Shown: piece after piece, positions 30,143-41,400 of the stretch
Position numbering within the stretch: position 1 is the stretch's first letter
Layout: every line of letters starts with the position of its first letter
Assembly (NCBI GenBank): GCA_900617105.1
Contig: UYFQ01000001.1
Location: forward strand, 4,588,001 to 4,652,000
Direction: 5' to 3'
Length of the DNA stretch: 64,000 bases
Origin: Hydrurus foetidus
Lineage: Eukaryota
Notes under the pieces: generated by a model
Told to the model about the DNA's origin: nothing
Databases searched by the model: none
Seen by the model: the letters and a program-made list of their open reading frames with translations, nothing else
Program-made: the position numbers and the translations under genes

Positions 30143-31497
30143 TTTTTCGTTTGGCCTGAGCCGCGGCCTTTGTGCAGCGCCGACCACAGAAGCCAAAGAA
30201 AGCACGCCGCTACCAGCCAAAGCGCAAAGCTGCTTGCAATCCAGAAACTGCTTGGCGAGGGGCCGACAGCGACACCGGGCAGCCCTTCGTAGGCCAAAAG
30301 ATAACCGCCATACAGCCCAAAACCCCACAAGAAAACGCCATACATCGCCATCGGCGCCAGCGTAATGCGGTAGCAGCGCAACAAAAATGCGCAAACTGCT
30401 TGCATGCAGTCAGCCAAATGGTAAATCGCCACCCACGCCAGTAAAGATGATGCCATGCTGATGATGGCTGGGCTGGTCGAGTACATTTTGGCAATGGAGT
30501 CTTTTGCTATGAATAAAATAGCTGCTAGCGCCATAGAAATAACGGCTGAGAGCTTTAAACTCAACACAACTACGCGCTGCGCCTGGTCTGGTCTCTGCGC
30601 ACCCAGCCAAAATGACACGCGTGCACTACATGCAATAGCCATCGACAGCGGCATCATGTACAGCACTGCTGCCATGCTTGCTGCAACCTGATGGCTGGCC
30701 GAAGCCACTGTGCCCAAGCGGGCGATGAACAGCGCCATCAGCGTGAATGACGTTACTTCAATCAAGTACGACATGCCTGCCGGAACGCCAAGCCGCAAGA
30801 AATTCGCAATAGCGGTCCAATCTGGCGGCTCCAGGCGAATCCAAATATGCAGGGGTTGATACATAGACTGGGATCGCAACATCAGCACTGCAAATGCCAA
30901 AAGGAGATAGTTCACCACCAGCGTAGCCCACGCGCACCCAACTACGCCCATCGGTGCAATACCGCCGCCACCTGCAACAAACCAGATCGACAGCGGTATC
31001 TTCACTGCCAACGCAGCAACCTGCAGCCACGTCACCGGCATCGGTTTTCCCAAGGACTGATTCAGCGTGCTGTACAGCCTGAAAAGCATAGCCGGCACGA
31101 AAGCAAAGGCCAGCACGGTGAGATAGTTTTGCACCTCTGCCATCATGCTCAGCGGCACTTGCGCCCACCTTAGCAGTGGCCCCGGCATCAAGAGCGCCGT
31201 TACACCTGCAATCGCTATGCAGCTGCACAGGTAAAGGCTTTGCCGAAGGGAACGCCCGATTGCGGCATGCTGGTTAGCACCAAGCAATTCCGCCCAAATC
31301 GGCAAAAGCGCCTGAACAATACCGATCAGCCCCACGTACACGCTGATGTAAATGGCAGACCCCACCGACAGCGCTGCCAAGGCCCCATCGCTGTATTGCC
31401 CTGCAATCACCGTGTCGGCCACACCAAACGACATGACCGCCAGTTGGCCTACCAGTACGCTCGCCGCGTGCTTTGCGATGAGCCGGACCTCACTCAC
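30139..31497 (-). CDS. MATE family efflux transporter (NorM-like)
   Basis: About 12 TM segments, DTVIAG, MGVVGCAWAT, ASHQVAAS. Confidence 0.9.
   Translation of the reverse strand: MSEVRLIAKHAASVLVGQLAVMSFGVADTVIAGQYSDGALAALSVGSAIYISVYVGLIGIVQALLPIWAELLGANQHAAIGRSLRQSLYLCSCIAIAGVTALLMPGPLLRWAQVPLSMMAEVQNYLTVLAFAFVPAMLFRLYSTLNQSLGKPMPVTWLQVAALAVKIPLSIWFVAGGGGIAPMGVVGCAWATLVVNYLLLAFAVLMLRSQSMYQPLHIWIRLEPPDWTAIANFLRLGVPAGMSYLIEVTSFTLMALFIARLGTVASASHQVAASMAAVLYMMPLSMAIACSARVSFWLGAQRPDQAQRVVVLSLKLSAVISMALAAILFIAKDSIAKMYSTSPAIISMASSLLAWVAIYHLADCMQAVCAFLLRCYRITLAPMAMYGVFLWGFGLYGGYLLAYEGLPGVAVGPSPSSFWIASSFALWLVAACFLWLLWSALHKGRGSGQTKN
30505..30560 (-). repeat. dispersed ~50-bp repeat, copy 3 (inside the MATE gene)
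   Basis: Reverse complement: ctcagccgttatttctatGGCGCTAGCAGCTATtttattcATAGC. Confidence 0.75.
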
Positions 31498-33278
31498 GGA
31501 GCGCGAGAACTTGGGGTCGAGCCGTTTACGCGTTTAAACAGCAAAACGTTTTCCGCTTTGTCTGTGGGGCGGCTAAGCGTTGCTTGAAAGGCCCAGTCAG
31601 GCAGGTTTATGGTTCGGCTCATGCTGGCTTGCTCATCGGCGTCCACCACCAAAAATGGACAGCCCGCCTGAGAGTTGGATAGTTTGAGCGTCAGCCCGCC
31701 GTGGTATTGCAGGGCAGCTGCTTGCGCTGCACTGATGCCGTAAATCTCAACGCAGGCAGATTTGTCTACCAAACTGGCAATTTGCCGAGAAATAGCCCCA
31801 TAGCTGCGGGCATAGTCCAACAAAGGCAGCCAAAGCGTCATAAGCAGCAGCCAGCACAACGTAGCGCCGCCTGCTGGCAGCACCAATGATTTCCAGATTG
31901 CCGCACGGTGTGCACCGGCCCGCCAGCGTACCAGCCACGCCCACGCCAACGTTGCAGCTAGAGCCACCAGAAAAATAAAAACTGAAAACTCAGGCTCAAA
32001 CCCGGGGGCAAGCTTGGCCACGTTGGCAGCGGGTTGGCGCGGCACACCGGTTTGCATGGCAATCCACACCACCCAAATGATGACGCTGCAACCGGTAAAA
32101 AAGAGCAGCGTGAACCAGTCAATCAGCGAGGCAACGCTGCGCTTGAAAGTTGGCAGTGCAAAAGCAGCAAGCGCAGCCAACGGCGGCAGGCTTAACAGCA
32201 AACTTCGATCGGCTGCAGAGGTTGTCAGCGTCGCCAACACGGAAATGCCTGCAAACCACAACGGCAGCGCCACGTGCCGGCTGGCAAGCTGTCCGCGCCA
32301 GCGCCACAACGTCCACAGTGCTAAAGGCCAGGCCGGCCAAGCAAACCAGAGCAGCAAGCGTCCGAGTCTTTTCCAGTCGCTCCAGGCAGTTTGCCCCGCA
32401 GAGCCCGGCAACTGCAAGCGCCAGCGCCACAGGTCAAGCAGGCTCGCCAACAAGCCAGCCAAAGCAAGGGTGCAGACCAGCAAAAAGGCCCACTGCTGCG
32501 ACCGCTTGCGCTCTGCGGCGGGGTCTGCGCTGTCACTTCCACGTCCACTCACACCGCCATCTTCACTCTGGCCCCATTTCAAATGCGTCCACTGAACGGC
32601 CAAACCTCCAACGCCGAGCAACAGCGCTACGGCTGGGGCGCCACTTAATGTCAACCCGACCAGCCCTACTACCAGGCCAGAAGCGGGACCAACTATCGAC
32701 AGGGCTCTGCGGTATTGGCTGGCGGAAAGAGCATAAAACACCAGCGATGTAAAGCCCAGCTGGGCCAATGCCGGGGTGGTTTCGTGAGACAGCTGCGCCA
32801 ATCCAAGGCAAGCAAGCAAGGCCAGCAAACCGGCATCAGCCATTGCCCGAGCGTAGTCAACCGGTGCCGCTTCGCCACCAAAGGCGAAGGCGACGGGTTG
32901 CGCTTGCGGGCTGCGCGCCAAATAGTAAATGGCATACCAGGTTGCCAGAAGTGTCAGTGCCAGCAGCAGCATAAATGGCACGCGGGCTGCGAGTGAAGCA
33001 TCCAGAAACGGCAGCCCTTTAATGGCAATTGCACCTAGCCAATACGCAATTAGCGAGTCGGCTAGTCCCGTGCTGCCTGGCAGCTGCGGCGCCAGCCAGT
33101 TGCCCATACCCGACGCAAGCTCGCGCATAACGCCAAAAGAGGCGATGTCTTCGTTTTTCCAAGGAGCGCGGCCAAAAAACCCCGGCAGTATGTACGCGAC
33201 ACAAAACGCCAGCAACGCGAGCCTGGGCAGGCGGCGAACAGCCGACTGGGCAATAAGGGCAGGGGAAGGCTTGTTCAA
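31494..33278 (-). CDS. ArnT/PMT-like (GT-C) multi-pass membrane protein
   Basis: GRAPWKNED N-terminal loop, many TM segments, WFAWPAWPLALW. Confidence 0.65.
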   Translation of the reverse strand: MNKPSPALIAQSAVRRLPRLALLAFCVAYILPGFFGRAPWKNEDIASFGVMRELASGMGNWLAPQLPGSTGLADSLIAYWLGAIAIKGLPFLDASLAARVPFMLLLALTLLATWYAIYYLARSPQAQPVAFAFGGEAAPVDYARAMADAGLLALLACLGLAQLSHETTPALAQLGFTSLVFYALSASQYRRALSIVGPASGLVVGLVGLTLSGAPAVALLLGVGGLAVQWTHLKWGQSEDGGVSGRGSDSADPAAERKRSQQWAFLLVCTLALAGLLASLLDLWRWRLQLPGSAGQTAWSDWKRLGRLLLWFAWPAWPLALWTLWRWRGQLASRHVALPLWFAGISVLATLTTSAADRSLLLSLPPLAALAAFALPTFKRSVASLIDWFTLLFFTGCSVIIWVVWIAMQTGVPRQPAANVAKLAPGFEPEFSVFIFLVALAATLAWAWLVRWRAGAHRAAIWKSLVLPAGGATLCWLLLMTLWLPLLDYARSYGAISRQIASLVDKSACVEIYGISAAQAAALQYHGGLTLKLSNSQAGCPFLVVDADEQASMSRTINLPDWAFQATLSRPTDKAENVLLFKRVNGSTPSSRAP

Positions 33279-33319
33279 GAAAAATAAAAATGAAAGATGG
33301 ATGTCGACTGCATCAGACG

Positions 33320-33352
33320 AAAAAAAGGCAGCCTGAAACCAGGCTGCCTTTT
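33320..33352. terminator. rho-independent terminator after rpmE2
   Basis: AAAAGGCAGCCTG-aaac-CAGGCTGCCTTTT perfect stem with A/T tracts on both sides. Confidence 0.88.
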
Positions 33353-33370
33353 GATAACTGAGTCAGAAAT

Positions 33371-33652
33371 TTACGCAGCGGCTTCTGGAGCTGCTTCTTT
33401 AGCGGCTGTTTTGCCAAAGCGATTGCGGAACTTCTCAACGCGGCCGCCCATGTTGTCAACAGATTTTTGCGTACCCGTGTAGAACGGGTGAGATTCGCTT
33501 GAAGTATCAAGCTTGTACAAAGGCAATTCGCGACCATCGTCCATTTTCACCATTTCTTTGGTGTTAACGCATGAACGGGTAACAAATTTGAAGTTGTTGG
33601 ACAAGTCCAAAAAGCAAACTTCGCGGTAGTTGGGGTGAATGCCGTCTTTCAT
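33371..33652 (-). CDS. rpmE2: 50S ribosomal protein L31 type B
   Basis: MKDGIHPNYREV, DTSSESHPFYTG, GGRVEKFRNRF. No CxxC zinc motifs. Confidence 0.95.
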   Translation of the reverse strand: MKDGIHPNYREVCFLDLSNNFKFVTRSCVNTKEMVKMDDGRELPLYKLDTSSESHPFYTGTQKSVDNMGGRVEKFRNRFGKTAAKEAAPEAAA

Positions 33653-33770
33653 TTCTCATATCCTTAAAAATCGTTTCGGTAGCCACTCAAAACCGTTTTG
33701 AGCACTTTCCGGTAAGCCCTCGATTATGCCATTGAATCAATCACTTCTTACCGATTTCTCTTTTCAAGCA

Positions 33771-33943
33771 GGGGCCACGGAACCGGCTTAGCCGGGCCGT
33801 AGGCGCAGCGGCCCCCTCGGGGCTGAAACCTGCGGCTCCGAACCTGCTTGAGCAGGTTTGGACAGGTGACAGAAGCGAAGCCTCTGGCGAGCGGCGGCGT
33901 GCAAGGTGCAGTGAGTTACGCGAAGCGAACGACCGTGGGGGCC
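33771..33943. repeat. GC-rich multi-hairpin intergenic element (REP/MITE-like)
   Basis: CCGGC-tta-GCCGG, CCGAACCTGCT-tg-AGCAGGTTTGG, and long-range GGCCCCC...GGGGGCC and CCACGG...CCGTGG inverted segments. Only one copy in the window. Confidence 0.5.
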
Positions 33944-33948
33944 TACCT

Positions 33949-35211
33949 CTAGCCACCCCGTCTCATCAGGTCAAAGAACTCGTGGTTGTTTTTTGTCGCT
34001 TTCATGTTTTTCAGCATCAACTCCATCGACTCGATTTCGTCCATGTTGTACATGAATTGCCTCAAAATGCGCGATTTTTGCAGAATTTCTGGTGCCAGCA
34101 GCAGCTCTTCTTTACGCGTACCGCTGCGGTTCAGGTGAATCGCTGGGAACACGCGTTTTTCGTACAAACGGCGATCCAGGTGAATTTCGCAGTTGCCGGT
34201 GCCTTTGAACTCTTCAAAAATGACCTCGTCCATGCGGCTACCGGTGTCGACCAGCGCGGTTCCGATGATGGTCAAGCTGCCGCCTTCTTCAATTTTGCGG
34301 GCTGCGCCAAAAAAGCGTTTGGGGCGCTGAAGTGCATTGGCGTCCACACCGCCGGTCAGCACCTTGCCTGATGACGGCAATACGTTGTTGTATGCGCGCG
34401 CCAGGCGGGTAATGGAGTCAAGCAAAATCACCACGTCTTTGCCCAGCTCTACCAAGCGTTTGGCACGCTCAATCACCATTTCAGCAACGTGTACGTGGCG
34501 AGCTGCCGGCTCGTCAAAGGTCGATGAAATGACCTCGCCGCGCACGCTGCGCTGCATTTCGGTCACTTCTTCAGGGCGCTCGTCAACCAGCAGCACCATC
34601 ATGATGACTTCGGGGTAATTGGCGGTAATGGCGTGGGCGATGTGCTGCATCATCACGGTTTTGCCCGACTTGGGCGGCGCTACCAACAGGGCGCGCTGGC
34701 CTTTGCCGATAGGCGCAATGATGTCGATGATCCGGCTGGTCAGATTTTCTTCGCCTTTGATGTCGCGCTCTAATTTGAACTGCTCGCGCGGGAACAGCGG
34801 CGTCAAGTTTTCAAACATCACCTTGTGCTTGTTGTCTTCGGGTGCGCCGTCGTTGACCTTGTCTAACTTGTTGAGGGCAAAGTAACGCTCGCCGTCTTTT
34901 GGGGTACGGACTTCGCCCTCAATCATGTCACCGGTGTGCAGATTAAAGCGGCGAATCTGGCTGGGGCTGATGTAGATATCGTCTGTAGAGGCGGTGTAGC
35001 TCGAGTCCGGTGCACGCAAGAAGCCAAAGCCGTCGGGCAGCACTTCCAGCACACCGTCGGCAACGATCGTTTCGCCGGTTTTTGAGCGTTTTTTAATGAT
35101 GGCAAACATCAGCTCCTGCTTGCGCATGCGGCCTACGTTTTCTATTTCTAGGGCTTCGGCTTGCTTTAAGACTTCAGACACATGCAGTGCCTTGAGTTCG
35201 TTTAAGTGCAT
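33949..35211 (-). CDS. rho: transcription termination factor Rho
   Basis: [40 protein letters not shown]. Confidence 0.98.
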   Translation of the reverse strand: MHLNELKALHVSEVLKQAEALEIENVGRMRKQELMFAIIKKRSKTGETIVADGVLEVLPDGFGFLRAPDSSYTASTDDIYISPSQIRRFNLHTGDMIEGEVRTPKDGERYFALNKLDKVNDGAPEDNKHKVMFENLTPLFPREQFKLERDIKGEENLTSRIIDIIAPIGKGQRALLVAPPKSGKTVMMQHIAHAITANYPEVIMMVLLVDERPEEVTEMQRSVRGEVISSTFDEPAARHVHVAEMVIERAKRLVELGKDVVILLDSITRLARAYNNVLPSSGKVLTGGVDANALQRPKRFFGAARKIEEGGSLTIIGTALVDTGSRMDEVIFEEFKGTGNCEIHLDRRLYEKRVFPAIHLNRSGTRKEELLLAPEILQKSRILRQFMYNMDEIESMELMLKNMKATKNNHEFFDLMRRGG

Positions 35212-35275
35212 GGATTTACCTGCTGTTGTGGCTTAAAGGGGTCACTCCGCAAGGAGCGTGTAAAAAAATCAGGGG

Positions 35276-35333
35276 AAAAAAAAGACGAACACGGCTTGAG
35301 TGGGGTTTTGGTTGATTTGTTCAAAGCCGTGTT
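35276..35333 (-). terminator. hairpin plus U-tract in the trxA-rho intergenic region (terminator/attenuator-like)
   Basis: Minus strand AACACGGCTTTGA...TCAAGCCGTGTT then cgtc and T8. Confidence 0.55.
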
Positions 35334-35492
35334 GCAAGGCAGGCTATGAGACCAAAATTTTGGCTACCCCGTCGACCGGGAGTAGCGAATGCGATGGATT
35401 ATGACAGGAAAAAGATGCGCGATTTCAGTGCTAAATTTGGCTCGAAAAAGGGCTGTTACCCCACCACCGCAGTAGGGGGTCTGCCCAAACGA

Positions 35493-35825
35493 CTAGGCCA
35501 TTTGCTGATCAATAAATGCGGTGAGTTGCGATTTGGTCATGGCGCCGACTTTGGTGGCCGCCAGCTCGCCGTTTTTAAAAATCATCAGGGTGGGAATGCC
35601 GCGAATGCCAAACTTGGCCGGAATGTCCCGGTTTTCGTCAACATTCATTTTGGCGATTTGCAGCTTGCCTTCATAGGCGGTGGCCACTTCGTCAAGAATG
35701 GGCGCAATCATTTTGCAAGGGCCGCACCATTCAGCCCAATAGTCCACCAGCACGGGGTGCGATGATTTTAGAACATCTGCTTCAAAAGTGGCGTCGGTGG
35801 TATGTTTAATCAGTTCGCTGGCCAT
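35493..35825 (-). CDS. trxA: thioredoxin 1
   Basis: [20 protein letters not shown]. Start MASELIK at 35825. trxA-rho synteny. Confidence 0.97.
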   Translation of the reverse strand: MASELIKHTTDATFEADVLKSSHPVLVDYWAEWCGPCKMIAPILDEVATAYEGKLQIAKMNVDENRDIPAKFGIRGIPTLMIFKNGELAATKVGAMTKSQLTAFIDQQMA

Positions 35826-35929
35826 GTTGGCTCCTAAGATGAGGTTGGTAGAGCGTAGAGTTTTAGGTATTTTGTCAGAAACCAAGTCCCACACCGCTAT
35901 TTGCCCATGATTTCCAGTTCGAGATTCCT

Positions 35930-38464
35930 TTGACGCTAACCGCCAACCCTGCAAATGCACTTCTTTTGCCCGGCAACGCGGGCGCGCAATGGCCCAATGC
36001 CATCGCGCAGCTGCACAGCGTTATGCGCATCAGGCAAGCCCATACCTCGCGTGTGGTGGTGCTGGTGCCGTTCGCCCAACTCATGGCTGAGGCCAAGGGC
36101 GCATGGGCTTCGTTTTGCATGCGGCAGTTGCAGCCCAGTGCCTTTGTACCGCGATTTGAAACCACCTCTAATTGGGCTGGCGCAGTGCGCGGCTTTGCGT
36201 ATGGCCCGGAAGATTTGCAACTCGATGTTGCCCACGACGCGCTGACCGCTGCCAGCTTGCTGGCGCGCGCGGGCTTAAGTGCCCAGCAACACACGCTGCA
36301 GGGCCGCTTGCTGGAAGCCGCCTGGTCGCTCGCCAAAGTGGCCGCGGCGCAACCCCCGAAACAACGCTTGGCCTGGGGTGCGCAAATGGCTTTGCAAATC
36401 GATGGCGGCATGGCGTCAATTGCTCTCGAATTAGAGCTGGCGCTGGCGCGAATTGCGTTGGCTTGGGCGGCAGCTAGCAGTTATCCAACCGATGTGCTGT
36501 TCAACGCAGAAGTTGATGCCGAACTGGATTTACTGGTAGTGTTGGACGGCTTTCAATCTGAGCCCTTGGTCGAGGCCCTGAAAACTCATTTTTCTGACCG
36601 GGCGGTGTCCATCACGCTCAACACGCTTGCGCAGCCAGGCCAGCTTGGTCTGCATGCTGCGCAAGACCTGGAAGACGAAGCGCACCGTGCAACGGCTTGC
36701 GTACTGGCCCACATAGCTGCTGGCCGCGCCCCCGTGGGGCTGGTGGCGCAAGACCGACTGCTGACGCGACGAGTAGGCGCGCTGCTGGCGGGGTTGGGGG
36801 TGCCGGTGCGCGATGAAACCGGCTGGACGCTGTCGACCACGCGCGCCGCCGCCACATTGATGACCTGGCTGCGCGCCATGCCATGGGACGCATCAACTGA
36901 CGCGGTGCTGGACGCCTTAAAAAACGCGCCCGCCTTTGATGCAGCCGCTGTGTCGACATTTGAAGCCGCCCTGCGCAAAACCGGGTTGCGGCGTTGGCGC
37001 ACAGTGCCGGTTGTGCAGCCTGAGTTTGCGGCCATTGCCACGCAGTTTGAAGCGTTTAGCAGCACACTGCAGCGCCCACGCCCGCTGGCTGATTGGCTGG
37101 CCGATTTGCGCGCTGCCTTGCAAGCTGCCGGGCTTTTGGCGCTGATGGTGGTCGATGCCGCCGGCATCAAAGTAGTAGCGGCGCTGCACCTTGAGCAGGC
37201 CAGCGAACTCACGGCCCGGTTCAATCCCCGCTTAAGCCTGGCTGATTTCACCGCTTGGGCCATGCAAGCGCTTGAAGCCGCTACCTTTGCACCCGCCCAT
37301 CCGCCGCACGCCGCCGTGGTCATTTTGCCGCTGAGCCAACTGCTGGGCAGGCCGATGCAAGCCGTGGTGTTGCCGGGCTGCGATGAAGTGCGCCTGGCGG
37401 TGTCGCCCGAGCCGCCAGGCCAGTGGACAGCAGCGCAGCGCGTGTTGCTGGGCTTGCCAAACCGGGCGCAGCTGGCCCAAGCGCTGCAGGCCGCGTGGCA
37501 ACACGCCTTGCGCATGCCGCATCTGGACGTGCTGTGGCGAGTCAGTGAGGGCGGTGAGCGCTTGATGCCCAGCGGCTTTATACAAGCGCTGCAACTGCTG
37601 CAACCGCAAGCGCCGGCATTTGATGCGCGTCCCCAACGCCAGCTGCCTGCATTACCCACGCCGCCGCCGCAGCCCACCGGGCAAGCGCTGCCCATCAGCA
37701 CCCTGTCAGCCAGCGCGTACGAAGACTTGCGACGCTGCCCCTATCGGTTTTTTGCGCTTCGCCTGCTCAAGCTGCAAGAAGCTGACGAGCTGGAGAGCGA
37801 GCTGGGCAAGCGCGACTTCGGCAACTGGCTGCACGCCTTGCTCCATGCTTTTCATGAGGCATTAAAACTGGCTCCAACCCAAGATTTACAGGCGCGAGCA
37901 GCTATGCTTAACATAGCGGCTGAGCAAACTACCCAGGCGCTTGGCTTAACGGCCGAAGAGTTTTTGCCGTTTGCGTCGATCTGGCCCCGGGTTCGCAGCG
38001 GCTACTTGAGCTGGCTGGCCGAACACGAAGCCAGCGGCGCCGCGTACGACCAGGGCGAGGTCTGGAAAAACATGCCGCTTGGCCGTTTGAGCCTGGTCGG
38101 CAAAATCGACCGTATCGACGTTTTGCCGGATGGCAGCCGTTGGGTAATCGACTACAAAACCGAGCCCAGCACTACCACCAAAGCCCGGGTGAAGGACGGC
38201 GGCGAAGACACCCAGCTGGCTTTTTATGCAGCGCTGCTGGCCGACGACACGCTGGCGGCCAGCTACGTTAATTTGGGTGAAACACAAGCCACCACCACTC
38301 ACGCGCAGGACAATATTGTTGAACTGCGCGACGACCTGATTGGCGGCATTTTGAGCGACATGGCGGGCATTGCTGAAGGCCTACCTTTGCTGGCGCTGGG
38401 TGAAGGCAAGGCCTGTGACTATTGCGCCGCACGTGGCTTGTGCCGCAGAGATTTTTTCAAATGA
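35930..38464 (+). CDS. AddB-like PD-(D/E)XK nuclease subunit
   Basis: [24 protein letters not shown]...IDYKT, C-terminal CDYC...LC Fe-S staple cysteines. Confidence 0.85.
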   Translation: MTLTANPANALLLPGNAGAQWPNAIAQLHSVMRIRQAHTSRVVVLVPFAQLMAEAKGAWASFCMRQLQPSAFVPRFETTSNWAGAVRGFAYGPEDLQLDVAHDALTAASLLARAGLSAQQHTLQGRLLEAAWSLAKVAAAQPPKQRLAWGAQMALQIDGGMASIALELELALARIALAWAAASSYPTDVLFNAEVDAELDLLVVLDGFQSEPLVEALKTHFSDRAVSITLNTLAQPGQLGLHAAQDLEDEAHRATACVLAHIAAGRAPVGLVAQDRLLTRRVGALLAGLGVPVRDETGWTLSTTRAAATLMTWLRAMPWDASTDAVLDALKNAPAFDAAAVSTFEAALRKTGLRRWRTVPVVQPEFAAIATQFEAFSSTLQRPRPLADWLADLRAALQAAGLLALMVVDAAGIKVVAALHLEQASELTARFNPRLSLADFTAWAMQALEAATFAPAHPPHAAVVILPLSQLLGRPMQAVVLPGCDEVRLAVSPEPPGQWTAAQRVLLGLPNRAQLAQALQAAWQHALRMPHLDVLWRVSEGGERLMPSGFIQALQLLQPQAPAFDARPQRQLPALPTPPPQPTGQALPISTLSASAYEDLRRCPYRFFALRLLKLQEADELESELGKRDFGNWLHALLHAFHEALKLAPTQDLQARAAMLNIAAEQTTQALGLTAEEFLPFASIWPRVRSGYLSWLAEHEASGAAYDQGEVWKNMPLGRLSLVGKIDRIDVLPDGSRWVIDYKTEPSTTTKARVKDGGEDTQLAFYAALLADDTLAASYVNLGETQATTTHAQDNIVELRDDLIGGILSDMAGIAEGLPLLALGEGKACDYCAARGLCRRDFFK
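37861..37918 (+). repeat. dispersed ~50-bp repeat, copy 4 (inside the addB-like gene)
   Basis: ccaacccaagatttacaGGCGCGAGCAGCTATGcttaaCATAGC. Confidence 0.85.
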
Positions 38465-41400
38465 CCCGCGCCGCCGCCTACACCCACAACGGCGAAAGCA
38501 TCTCGGCTGATGCGTTCTACGCGATTGCCTGCGACCCGCGCCGCAGCGTGGCGGTAGAGGCCTGCGCCGGTGCCGGGAAAACCTGGATGCTGGTGTCGCG
38601 AATCGTGCGGGCGCTGCTCGACGGCAGTGTGCAGCCGCACGAAATTTTGGCCATTACGTTCACTAAAAAAGCTGCCGGTGAAATGCGTGAGCGGCTGCAA
38701 GAGTGGTTAGAAAAGTTTGCCAATGCCGACGACGAAACACTTGATCAAGAACTCAAAATTCGCGGGTTTTATGCTCAAAATGGAGTTAAAAACGACCTGC
38801 AGACTAATAAATACGGGCGCGAGCAGCTATCAAATTTATATCAAAAAGTACTCAGCAGCGGCCGCCCGGTACAAATCAGAACCTTCCACAGCTGGTTTGC
38901 GGCCTTGCTGCGAAGCGCACCGCTGGCGACTTTGCAGCAGATGGGCTTGCCGCTCAATTACGAGCTGCTTGAAGACGACGGCCCGGCCAAGGCTTTGGTT
39001 TGGCGGCGGTTTTACGCAAGCTTGCTGGCTGCGCCCGATTTGAAGGCTGATTTTGAAGCCGTGGTACTCGCGCATGGTCGCTTTCAGGCCACCAAGGCGT
39101 TGCAAAGCGCATTAGACAAGCGAGGAGAATTTTCGCTGGCCGATGCCGTGGGTGTGGTTGACGCCTCGGTTGCGCATTTCACGTCTCATTTTCCAGAATT
39201 TTCTGCGCTTGCCCAGCCTGAAGATGCCTTTCAAAGCGAGTCATGCCGCGCGTTGCTGCTGGCGGCCGCACGGGTGTTGGGCGCTGCCTCTGCGGTTACC
39301 TATGCAGCCAAGGGCGTCGAGCTGGAACAAGCGGTGACTGGCAATGACGCAGCCAAAGGAGTAGCTGCGCTGCTGACGGAGAAAAATACCCCCCGAAAAT
39401 TCAGCGAAAAAATTGCCGGCCTGCCCGTCGTGCGGCAAGCGCAAGACGCTGCCTTGCGCATCGGCGCTGCGATGGCCCAGCACAGCGCATGGCACTATCA
39501 GCAGCGCATGGCGCGCTTGAGTCGGCTACTGCTGGCTAAATTTGCCGCGCTAAAAATCGAGCGCGGCTGGGTCGACATGAACGATGTGGAACGTGCCGCG
39601 CAGGTCATGCTGAGCGATTCGGTGCTGTCAGGCTGGGTACAAGAAAAGCTTGATGCGCGAATTCGGCATTTGATGATTGACGAGTTTCAAGACACCAACC
39701 CGCTGCAGTGGCAGGCGTTGTCCAGCTGGTTGTCGGGCTACGCGGGTGCAGGCGCGGGGAGCAACGCACCCAGCGTCTTCATTGTGGGCGACCCCAAGCA
39801 AAGCATTTACCGCTTTCGCCGCGCCGAGCCGCAAGTGTTTATTGCCGCGCAAAAGTTTGTCAGCCAAGCCCTTGGCGGCGACCTGCTGGCCTGCGACCAT
39901 ACCCGGCGAAGCAGCCTGGCGGTCGTTGGCGCAGTCAACGCGGTGATGGGCGCGGCGACACAGCTAGACGCGTACGAGGGCTTTCGCCCCCACACCACCG
40001 CCGCCAATAGCCCCGGCAGGGTACTGCGATTGCCGCCAATTGCGCGCCAGGACAAGGCCGAGGCGTCGGCGTCGGCGACGGCGACGGCGTCCGTTGGCTG
40101 GCGCGACAGCTTGACCACCCCCCTCGAGCTGCCAGAAGAAACGCTGCGCACGCTGGAAGCGCGGCAAGCGGCGGCTTGGATACAGGATCAGATTGCGGGA
40201 GGTGTTGCGCCGTCTGGCGTGATGGCTTTAAGCCGCAAACGCGCCAGCCTGCTGCCGCTGCAAGCCGAGCTGAGGGCGCTGCATATTGCGGCGCAAATTG
40301 GCGAGAAAACCGAGCTTATTGATTGCTGCGAGGTGCTGGACATCGTTGCGCTGCTCGACGTGCTGGTGTCGCCGTCGCACGACCTGTCGATGGCCAGAGC
40401 CCTGCGCTCACCGCTGTTTAACCTGAGCGATGACGCGCTGGTAAAAATCGTGCTGGCTAAAACCAGCCCGCAGCAATCGTGGTATGACGTGCTATTAAAT
40501 ACTGAGCTGCCCGCGCCCGAATTTATTGGGCTACAAGCTACTTTAATTCAATATAAAGGCTTCGTAGATGCATTGCCGCCGCATGATGCACTGCAGGCGA
40601 TTTATTCTGCTGGTGACGTACTCGCCCGCTTTGCACAGGCGGCACCCGAGGCTGGGCGCGCAGCAGTGTTGTCTAACCTGCGCGCACTGTTGAGTGCGGC
40701 TTTGCAATTGGACGGTGGCCGCTACGCCACGCCCTACGCTTTTGTGCGCGCGCTGAAGGCCGGTGGGCTGCAGGCACCCGCCGCCGTCAACCCGCACGCC
40801 GTGCGTTTGCTGACCATTCACGGCGCCAAAGGCCTGGAGGCCGACACCGTACTGCTGCTAGACACCGACACAGCGCAGCGCAATCCAGAGAGCATGAGCG
40901 TGCTGATCGAGTGGCCCGGTGAAGCTGCTGCCCCGCAAAAGTTTGTGTTTTTGGTCAGCGAAAGCCAGCCGCCCGCCTGCGCGCAGCCGTCTTTGGCGGC
41001 CGAGCAAGCCGCGCGCCAGCGCGAAGAGCTCAACGCGCTTTATGTGGCCATTACCCGCGCAAAAAACACGTTGGTGGTGTCGTCAATTGAGCCGCACCGC
41101 GCTGCGCCCAACAGCTGGTGGCAGCGACTGCACGAGGCCGCCACCCAAGACAGCCTACAAGCCGCGCCCGCCATAAAAATCGATGCGGCGGCAGGGCAAA
41201 ACAACACCTTCATGCTGCCTGAGCTGCCGGTTTTTATCGGCGTGCAGGCAAGCGAGGCCATCGCCGCCGCCGAGCAAGACAGTCTCAGCGCCCGCATTGG
41301 CAAAGCCATGCACCGCCTGCTGGAGTGGGGCGACTTGTCAAGCGGCGCTGCAAGCCAGGTGGCCAAGGCGTTTGCCCTTAGCGCGGAGCAAGCCAGCCAG

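Noticed and set aside
40063..40092. GCGTCG/GCGACG hexamer run in the addA-like gene (ASASATATAS)
   Set aside because: A short in-frame linker expansion with no further signal.
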